Shown here piece after piece: positions 56,328 through 64,000 of a stretch of DNA of 64,000 nt. The translations under genes were made by a program, and so were the position numbers. The number at the start of each line of letters is the position of its first letter. Positions within the stretch are counted from its first letter, which is position 1. Source of the stretch: a virus; the IMG/VR virus record IMGVR_UViG_3300009155_000048, positions 43,135-107,134 of that record. One strand, 5' to 3'. The notes beneath the pieces were generated by a model. The model did no database searches and was not told the DNA's origin. It was given only the letters and a program-made list of their open reading frames with translations.

Positions 56328-59300
56328 TTATAATGTTGGTGTTGTAATTAATGCAATTGGCTCAAATGGCCCAATTGGATCAATGTATCTAATAGGATCT
56401 GCCATATCATTCAATCCTCTTATCTCATAATTCTTTTTAGAGGTATAAATCTGACCATATCCATTATCACTCGTTACCTCAATAGTAATAAATGGATCTA
56501 TATTAGAATCAATAGAAAAATTGTAAGAATGTGTGCCAGTTCTATACTCATTCAATGTTTGAACAGGAACAAAATTTAAATTCTTCCATTCGGTGATATC
56601 AATCCATTTAGCATAAGATCCATTATTTAGAACATCATAATAAGGAGTATATACAGAAGCAGTTCCAAATTGTACAAATGATGATTGTGTACCCACATAC
56701 TCATAGATATTTCTATCATAACTTACAATTTGACCCAATTGATAATCAGTTTTAGTGTCCCATAGCGGAGCTTCATCATATTTTTTTGGATTTTTAATTT
56801 TATTATTAACTATTACTGACTCATATACTTTACCATAATAAGTAACTCTATCATCTATTGTATAAGTAGTAAATGGATTCCATTCTTTATAAGTTTTATA
56901 AGTTCTAATCTTAATTGTAAAGTAATCTGGAGCAGAAGAAGTAGCAGTCATAAAATCAATATGACAAGTATAAACAGTACTTGAACTATTAACCGGCATC
57001 AAATAAGCTTCATTTAAATGAAAGTCAACTGGAGTCATAGTTTGTCTCATATTTATAATCTTAGTATCATAATTTCTATGTGAAATAGTATTAATACCAA
57101 CAAAGTCAGCTCTACCAGTTATGTCCAATATTCTATGTGTAATTGGTATTACATTCTTTTGTAACCAATATTTCAATCCCTGTAATTTCATAATAACTTC
57201 AGCTAATGAATACATTAACACATTATTACCTTCTTTATCGGTAATCTTATAAGTTAAATTGAATAGATTCGTGTCCTCAAAATTAGGATTAGGCATTGTA
57301 TGTTTAATAAAATCATTGACGGTCCAACCCTCAACTGTATTATCAAAAATGTCCGGAATCTCCACCTTAAATAACTTAAAGAAATCCGGCGAGTTTGTAT
57401 TAATGTTTCTATAGTATTCATATAATTCTAAATCATTATATCCAAAATAGTTAATAGCATTAATGATAGCCTTATATGATCCAACATAAGGGAAAATCTC
57501 ATGTCTAACCATTAACATTTCCTTTCTCTTTTTATTTAAATATGTCCAATCTATACCTTGTTCATTAATATCATATTCCTTAAAAATATAAGTATCATCT
57601 GGAGCAACCAACTGACCAGTGTTTGATAATTCTATTTTATATCTAACATCTTCTATCTCAGTTTGTCCAGAGATATTAAATCTACCCAATTCTTTATCAA
57701 TCACCTTGAACGTAGTAGTTAAGTAAGTTGTTTTATTTATCTTTGGATAATCATCAATTTGAGTAAATTCATCAAAAATAACATCAACAAAATCAACTAC
57801 AATTGACCTAGTATAAACTTGTCTAATTTTGAATACTTTACCATTATTGACAGCCACATACTTATTATTCTTAATATTTGTGTAATCTGATACATTAACT
57901 TTAAGTAACTGACTAGCTTTCAACCCTCTAGTAACACCACTTGAATTCTCTGTGAAGACACTAGTAGAGTTAGCATTTAAGTAAATTACACCATAATCAC
58001 CATTAACACTATCTTTTACAAACTTAAATTGTAAAATATCAGAGTTAGCACTAGTAGTCTTAATAGTAAATGATATATCTTCTCTTTTATATAAAACTAA
58101 TTTAGAAGCCATTGGGCCCTCATTATCAGCTCTAAATCCAATAAATATCTCCATTGGTTCCGGAACTATTGATAAATTATCTTCCGAATCAACATGATCT
58201 AATGTATGAACAATCTCATCAAATATAGTTTGTTGATACTCCGACAAAGAAATAAAATCTAAATTCTTATTTGGATTTTTATTTAATGATATTGTTGTTA
58301 GTGGTTTTGGTCCAGTGTATGCGTAAGCACCAGTTGTTGTCAATTGTTCACCAGAGAAATCATATAAGAACATCTCAGGATATTCATCAGTTTCCCACTT
58401 CCAAACATATTTAACATATGGGTCATTATTGTAGTTTTCTCTTGGTTTTCTTAGATACTCTCTTGTTTTCAACCAAAGTGTTGTATGTGGAATATAATCA
58501 TCATGTAAAGTGCCATAATTAGTGTCAACCACATTTGAATAAGTTAATCCATTAAGAGTTATAGTAGAATTTAGTGTAACACCGATTTCAATAATTGAAT
58601 TCAATGATGGTTGAACACCAAACATACTTTTTCTATCTGGATTATAAATCATTTTAGTTATACCAGTTGAGAAAGACTCATTGTGTTTTATAGAACCATT
58701 CATCGCATCTAATACAAATACTTGATTAGAATTCTGAGCGGCCATATAGACATCACCATCATACTGACTAAATGCCAATTTACCATAATTAGAAGTTAAA
58801 ACACTAGCAACCAAATTACCCGACAAATCGATACTAGTATATTGAGAACCCTGTGATACTTCAATATCACCAGTCATATTATTGAAAACTAAATCATTAA
58901 ATGTCACATTTGTTGCAATGGTGGATATTGTTTGAGTAGCACCACTATTTAAGTTAATCAAATTAGAAGCACCAAACACATATACAGAAGTATTGACCGG
59001 TTCAAAGAATATACCAGGTAACAATCCAGTGATACTATAAGTTGTTTGTAATGTTCTAGATGAACCATCAATTCTACTTAAAATGTCATTATCCTGTGTA
59101 ATATACATATCATTTTCACTATCATTAAATACCATTTTTAAAGTATTACCGGAAGTGGTAACATAAGTAGTTCTAGTAGAAGTAAAATTAGTAGCCGACC
59201 ATATATCAACTCTTGTTTGTGAGGAATAACTAACATAAACATCACCATTAGATGTGTTAATAACACAATCGCTTGGTATAGATGATAAAGAAATAGAAGC

Positions 59301-62300
59301 TTGAACAGTATTAATAATTGGATCAACTACAAATAAAATATTAGTAGATAAACAATATAGGTAATTATTAACCGGATTAAATACAATTAATAACGGTGTT
59401 CCGATGCTTGGTAAATTAACAGTAGTAATAATTGTTGCTAAAACAGAATCAAATACCGTAAGTTTATCACCAAGAACATACATACAACTTGTTAATTGTA
59501 AGTAAATCATATCAACAATATTACTGTTACCACTCATAATATATGAAGTAACATTATAACTATTAGTAGAAGCGTGTGACAAACTAAATGATTGTGTAAA
59601 TGATTGTGATGCGAATTGACCACCTCCAGGAATAACAGGTGGTGTAATTATAGGCAAACAACCAGTTGCGCCAAATCCACCACTAAATGCAATACTAGCA
59701 TATGGCGAAACATCACATCTTGGGTCATTAGTTCCCCAAAATGGGCCTTGATAACTTAATACTAAATTAGTAGGACCTAAATATAAAATGTTATATTCTT
59801 GGTTATCATAAGGTCTAAGTGTGTTGTTAATAGAAACAACTTGTCCAGTTGCAAATGGATCATCTTCAAAACCAAAACTAACCGTATCAGGTAATATTAT
59901 TTCATTTGATGTAATAGTTGCTCCAAAATTTCCTTTTATCTTATTGATTATTTTATATTGATCTATTCCAGGAAGAGATGTTTTACCAGTTCTAATAGAG
60001 TAAACTAACCTTTGGTCTTGCTTCTTAACATTAAATATTAACATAGAATTTACATTAGAAACATAAATACCATAATCATCCAATTCTTGTGAATGTGTTT
60101 CTACCCAATCTGAAATTGCTGTATTTATATCAGGAACACCACTACTAACAGAAACAACTTGATCATAAGATCTACCATTAATTGCAATAGATAAGTAGTT
60201 ACTCATATCAGTAAATATAACTTCAGAATGTTGAATATAAAAATCAGCGGTAGAACCAACCTCAATTGTAAATTGCAAAGGAACATTTGGATATTCAGTT
60301 CTAAGATTAATTGAGTTATAATAAATAGAACTTGAATTACCAACATATTGTAAGTTGGCAATAATACCCAATGAGACTAATCTAGCATAATTTTTGACCA
60401 ACCAGTTTCTTAAAGTTCTATCAATTGTTCTTTGTAAATTAACGTTTAGACCAACATATATCCAATCAATTTGTTCTTGATATTCTTGACCATTTATTTT
60501 AATAATAAATCCAAATTCATCTAAATCAGTAAATACTATGTTGTAATTAAAGTTCACATTTGTATTTTGATTTACTTCTGGAACTAAAATCTCTTCAATA
60601 CCAACATTTTGTTCATACACCTTTGTTGTTGTTCCATAGCTATATGTACCAAGTAGCCCAGCATAAAAATTAACCTCAGCATACAAGCTTGGATAAATTA
60701 AATCCGCATGTAACTTGTAGTTTTTGTAATACAAATCAATATTGAAAAACTTAAAATCATTAACATAATTAGCAGCCACCGAAGCCAGTGTGATAGCATT
60801 ACTTTGTGTAAATGCTTGTGTATAGTATATTTTATTTGTTGTTAAATGAATTTCAGCAGATAATAAAGTTTCAACATTTAAAGTTGTTGTAACCGGTAAA
60901 TATGTAGGAGCTGACCAATATGTAGTATTATCTGGAGTAATAGATGATGTAGCACTCCAAGTGTGTGCCTGAATACATTGATAAATCTTATTATTCCAAA
61001 TAACTTGTGATTGAGTAGCATAATAAGTAACATTAGTATTACCTAAGAATCTAGAAACAGAATCCACAACAATAGAGTTAGTATTAACTGTTGATGATGG
61101 TATAGTAAACTCAGTGCCGGGTTTAAGAACATTTGGAACAGTAGATGAGAAATATATTTGATTTCCACTTAAATTTAATCCACCAGTATAAACCAACGGT
61201 AATTTGGTTTTCATAATTAATTCAATCAAAACATCTTGACTCTGAGTAAATACACCAATACCTAAATCATACTTGTAGTATGACTTATCAAAAATATTAA
61301 CATTATTAATAGTAACAACACCATCATTATTTTCAGTGTTAATCAATGTTAATTTTTTACCATTAAAATATTTAGAGTAAAAATCTGGTTCAGACCAAGA
61401 AGATAATAAGTTATTCAAACTTTGATCCACATAATTATAAACACCAATAGAATTTAATCCACTAACTGTTACATTCTGATAAGAAGTTGTCAAACCAATT
61501 TGAGAACCATATGATGAGTTAAATGTTTGATTATTAATAGAACCAATAATCAAAACACCATTCTTTTTAGTCTCTAAAACGGTATAAGACTGATTTGGAT
61601 TAGTAAATTCAAATATTGGCGTATTGAATAAAATCTGTGTACCTACTGGGTATTTAGATTCAAAATTATCACCATAAATCCACTTAGAATAAAAATTAGG
61701 ATCGGTGTTTACCAGTTCAATAGATGTAACCGATTGATTCATATATGAGTTACCAGTTATATTAAATCTATACTCATTAAACAATTGAAACTTATCTAAT
61801 TTAAGATTACCGGGACTTTCATATTCAAATGCCGGAACACTCTCAAATAAGTAAAGAGCTTGTGTTTTGAAAACATCATTTGAATTTTCAAAGAAAATCA
61901 AATCACCTTCCCATCTTTTGCTACCAGGTAACCATCTAAAATTTAAGGCATCTCCTTCTTTATTAAAAAATATTAATGGGCTCTCCTTAGCTTTACTATA
62001 AAACTTAACATATCTTTCATCTTTTGGAACATTTAAATCTATACCACAATCATCACCAGTTTGGAATGTTTCTGGTATTGCACCTGTAGTATTTGAGTTT
62101 GGAATTTTTACAAACCAATAAAAAGTTGTATTATAAGGTAAAGAATCTAAATATATTTGTGCACCATTTACATTTCCATATATTGATGGAAATGTATAAT
62201 CACTTAAATAAAACTCATAATCACCACTATATCCAGTAGGACCAGTCCAACTAAATGTTGCTGAACTACAGTTTACTTGAACTTGTAAATTGGAAGGTCC

Positions 62301-62882
62301 TAAAATAGGAACTATTGAATAATCAAAAACAGTTGGCGTAACTGGATAAGAAACATTAATAGCTAATGGGTTAGCAGCGTATGATATATTTGCTCCAGAA
62401 ACTAAATTAAAACTATAAGATGTAGAGTCATTCAATACAACATTATCGGGAACAACGGCAATATAAGAGCTGGTATATCCAAGTGATGGGATAGTATCCA
62501 TAGCAATCCAAAAGTAATTACTTGTTGTTAAACCAGTTGATATTAATGGAACATTAAGTGACGACCAATAACCAGAACCACCACCGGAATTTCTATCATT
62601 ATTATTTGAATAGTAATCTGGATAATATCCAATTTGACTAGCGGTTGAAAATACAGAACTTGTTCCAGTATAATATAATCTAAAATAAGATATATCATTG
62701 TATGCAATAGAAGCAAATTCATCATGTAAAGCATTTGAAGCGTTTACAAAATAAATTTCAGATAAATTAGATGTGGTAGCGCTATCTACAACAATTTGCA
62801 TTCCTACTAATGGAACATTTATATCACCTGGATATGTATTGCTAATATTTGGATATACTATGTTATTTGATACAACCGACAC
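56328..62882 (-). CDS. Very large baseplate/tail structural protein (BNR_assoc_N-like, YVTN-like propeller, CBM5/12-like modules)
   Basis: NYFWIAMD; FNPVNNYLY-type repeats; WNPFTTYTIDDRVTYYGKVY; GSYKAIINAINYFGY wedge-like motif; late promoter at ~62903-62912. Confidence 0.7.
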   Translation of the reverse strand: MSVVSNNIVYPNISNTYPGDINVPLVGMQIVVDSATTSNLSEIYFVNASNALHDEFASIAYNDISYFRLYYTGTSSVFSTASQIGYYPDYYSNNNDRNSGGGSGYWSSLNVPLISTGLTTSNYFWIAMDTIPSLGYTSSYIAVVPDNVVLNDSTSYSFNLVSGANISYAANPLAINVSYPVTPTVFDYSIVPILGPSNLQVQVNCSSATFSWTGPTGYSGDYEFYLSDYTFPSIYGNVNGAQIYLDSLPYNTTFYWFVKIPNSNTTGAIPETFQTGDDCGIDLNVPKDERYVKFYSKAKESPLIFFNKEGDALNFRWLPGSKRWEGDLIFFENSNDVFKTQALYLFESVPAFEYESPGNLKLDKFQLFNEYRFNITGNSYMNQSVTSIELVNTDPNFYSKWIYGDNFESKYPVGTQILFNTPIFEFTNPNQSYTVLETKKNGVLIIGSINNQTFNSSYGSQIGLTTSYQNVTVSGLNSIGVYNYVDQSLNNLLSSWSEPDFYSKYFNGKKLTLINTENNDGVVTINNVNIFDKSYYKYDLGIGVFTQSQDVLIELIMKTKLPLVYTGGLNLSGNQIYFSSTVPNVLKPGTEFTIPSSTVNTNSIVVDSVSRFLGNTNVTYYATQSQVIWNNKIYQCIQAHTWSATSSITPDNTTYWSAPTYLPVTTTLNVETLLSAEIHLTTNKIYYTQAFTQSNAITLASVAANYVNDFKFFNIDLYYKNYKLHADLIYPSLYAEVNFYAGLLGTYSYGTTTKVYEQNVGIEEILVPEVNQNTNVNFNYNIVFTDLDEFGFIIKINGQEYQEQIDWIYVGLNVNLQRTIDRTLRNWLVKNYARLVSLGIIANLQYVGNSSSIYYNSINLRTEYPNVPLQFTIEVGSTADFYIQHSEVIFTDMSNYLSIAINGRSYDQVVSVSSGVPDINTAISDWVETHSQELDDYGIYVSNVNSMLIFNVKKQDQRLVYSIRTGKTSLPGIDQYKIINKIKGNFGATITSNEIILPDTVSFGFEDDPFATGQVVSINNTLRPYDNQEYNILYLGPTNLVLSYQGPFWGTNDPRCDVSPYASIAFSGGFGATGCLPIITPPVIPGGGQFASQSFTQSFSLSHASTNSYNVTSYIMSGNSNIVDMIYLQLTSCMYVLGDKLTVFDSVLATIITTVNLPSIGTPLLIVFNPVNNYLYCLSTNILFVVDPIINTVQASISLSSIPSDCVINTSNGDVYVSYSSQTRVDIWSATNFTSTRTTYVTTSGNTLKMVFNDSENDMYITQDNDILSRIDGSSRTLQTTYSITGLLPGIFFEPVNTSVYVFGASNLINLNSGATQTISTIATNVTFNDLVFNNMTGDIEVSQGSQYTSIDLSGNLVASVLTSNYGKLAFSQYDGDVYMAAQNSNQVFVLDAMNGSIKHNESFSTGITKMIYNPDRKSMFGVQPSLNSIIEIGVTLNSTITLNGLTYSNVVDTNYGTLHDDYIPHTTLWLKTREYLRKPRENYNNDPYVKYVWKWETDEYPEMFLYDFSGEQLTTTGAYAYTGPKPLTTISLNKNPNKNLDFISLSEYQQTIFDEIVHTLDHVDSEDNLSIVPEPMEIFIGFRADNEGPMASKLVLYKREDISFTIKTTSANSDILQFKFVKDSVNGDYGVIYLNANSTSVFTENSSGVTRGLKASQLLKVNVSDYTNIKNNKYVAVNNGKVFKIRQVYTRSIVVDFVDVIFDEFTQIDDYPKINKTTYLTTTFKVIDKELGRFNISGQTEIEDVRYKIELSNTGQLVAPDDTYIFKEYDINEQGIDWTYLNKKRKEMLMVRHEIFPYVGSYKAIINAINYFGYNDLELYEYYRNINTNSPDFFKLFKVEIPDIFDNTVEGWTVNDFIKHTMPNPNFEDTNLFNLTYKITDKEGNNVLMYSLAEVIMKLQGLKYWLQKNVIPITHRILDITGRADFVGINTISHRNYDTKIINMRQTMTPVDFHLNEAYLMPVNSSSTVYTCHIDFMTATSSAPDYFTIKIRTYKTYKEWNPFTTYTIDDRVTYYGKVYESVIVNNKIKNPKKYDEAPLWDTKTDYQLGQIVSYDRNIYEYVGTQSSFVQFGTASVYTPYYDVLNNGSYAKWIDITEWKNLNFVPVQTLNEYRTGTHSYNFSIDSNIDPFITIEVTSDNGYGQIYTSKKNYEIRGLNDMADPIRYIDPIGPFEPIALITTPTL

Positions 62883-62961
62883 TTTAATTAAAGATTTTTT
62901 ATTATATATTAAAATTAGAAAGCTTTCAGAAACATTATCCTATATAATATCTAAATATTAT

Positions 62962-64000
62962 TTAGATAGTAATAGAAGTCTCAATGAATTGAATGGAATC
63001 AGCAGTAAAATAAACATGACCCGGAGTTACACCTTGTTTATAATAAGCATTTGTAGCAACATCCGCAACTAACCAGAAGTAGTTAGTAACTGTACTACCA
63101 AGTTCACCGACTAGATTTATATCATTAGTATTATAAACTACCAGATTAGGATAAGATGCTGTTCCAACTAAAATAGAATCATTATAAGTAGAACTTGTAC
63201 CAGTAAAATATAATCTAAAATTAGTAACCAAATCCTTATCTTCCAAGACTTGGTCATAAGAATCATTTGTAAAATTAAAATTCCAAAATTTTTGTGGATA
63301 TCCATAACCACTCACACCAACTTCTATTTTAAATAATGGTATATCTTTTTCACCTGGGTAACTATTTCCATTACTATCAGTAAAGATATCAACAGCATTT
63401 ACTACCATTTCATCAACAATTTCAATATTACCACTTGGATCTGAAACTGTTGGAACATAATTCCCACTATTTTTACCATCAAAATCTAAACTATCAAAAG
63501 TAGCATCAACAATATTTCCAAGTGTGGCACTTGGTGAAATACTATAAGCAACCCAAAAGTAATTATCTCCTGGTACAAGTCCATATGGTGGATTTCCACC
63601 ACTAGTCAATGATATTGTGTAATTGCCACTTGGCGCACTTCCAAGTGAACCAAAAACACTCACCGAGCTAAATGATTCATCATTACCAGTGCCATATATC
63701 ATAACATCAGATATATCATTTATAGCATCTGTTGATCCAGTTATTCCCAAGTATAAATTACTAATCCAAGGATAAATATCAAGACCAGAAGTAAAAAATA
63801 AAGTACCAGTTGTACTGACTTTAATTTTAAGTATAGGCACAACAGAAGAACCCGGTTTTGTATATCCAGTTACTTGCTCACAAGTAGATGCTGTATATGA
63901 AATAAAATTATAAGGAGTTTCACCAACCCCACTATTCGGACTTATTGAATAAGTGACACCACTAATATTAATGTAATCAGCGGTTGCGTCTAACACATTA
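62962..64000 (-). CDS. Structural protein with tandem BNR_assoc_N-like domains, 5'-truncated by the window edge
   Basis: LVPGDNYFWVAYSI and TNYFWLVAD; frame open to the window edge. Confidence 0.7.
   Translation of the reverse strand, partial: NVLDATADYINISGVTYSISPNSGVGETPYNFISYTASTCEQVTGYTKPGSSVVPILKIKVSTTGTLFFTSGLDIYPWISNLYLGITGSTDAINDISDVMIYGTGNDESFSSVSVFGSLGSAPSGNYTISLTSGGNPPYGLVPGDNYFWVAYSISPSATLGNIVDATFDSLDFDGKNSGNYVPTVSDPSGNIEIVDEMVVNAVDIFTDSNGNSYPGEKDIPLFKIEVGVSGYGYPQKFWNFNFTNDSYDQVLEDKDLVTNFRLYFTGTSSTYNDSILVGTASYPNLVVYNTNDINLVGELGSTVTNYFWLVADVATNAYYKQGVTPGHVYFTADSIQFIETSITI

Noticed and set aside
3026-63072. Many antisense or nested ORFs in the track (e.g. 18509..19036, 26454..26822, 36803..37210, 42200..42565, 52758..53159)
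   Set aside because: They are shadows of well-supported genes, with no promoter, leader or motif support
1-64000. Stop-codon reassignment as in some large Bacteroidota phages
   Set aside because: Core genes are full length in the standard code with high coding density; TAG and TGA end genes at sensible positions
1-64000. tRNA, rRNA or intron sequences
   Set aside because: Intergenic gaps are short and explained by promoters and terminators; none recognised by eye (no covariance search was run)
1-64000. Eukaryotic giant-virus origin suggested by NEIL1-like, GSII and RFC-like genes
   Set aside because: T4-type head, portal, terminase, sheath and sigma genes, with bacterial promoters and terminators, show a tailed bacteriophage

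Overview
Very AT-rich segment of a large T4-like myovirus (probably a jumbo phage), read in the standard genetic code. The host is most likely Bacteroidota, judged from TTTG-N19-21-TAnnTTTG promoters, DUF6576 motifs, a Bacteroidota-type ClpS and BNR_assoc_N-like domains. The window holds a scrambled T4-type morphogenesis set: major capsid, fused prohead protease-scaffold, portal, gp2, gp4, gp15, gp16/gp17 terminase, gp18 sheath, gp25, a tape-measure-like protein and large tail/baseplate proteins. It also has a gp55-like late sigma, a clamp loader, ThyA, a type II glutamine synthetase, a NEIL1-like glycosylase, a minimal family-A-like polymerase, 2H and HAD enzymes and homing-endonuclease genes. 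Patterns read by eye: (i) three promoter classes (host-sigma early, AAAC-N17/18-TATAA middle, TAATATATA late with an upstream (AG)TGA box), many apparently leaderless; (ii) about 10 unrelated late proteins sharing an N-terminal MK(Y/H)(L/I)KxF(E)xF capsid-targeting-like tag, with matching (I/L)xE cleavage sites in a 14-aa-repeat scaffold; (iii) a late sigma gene that appears to start at AUU; (iv) a catalytically dead paralogue of the prohead protease; (v) a shared C-terminal RxxK(I/L)xx(I/L)(L/F) motif on five proteins. All homology calls are motif recognition from memory, not database searches.
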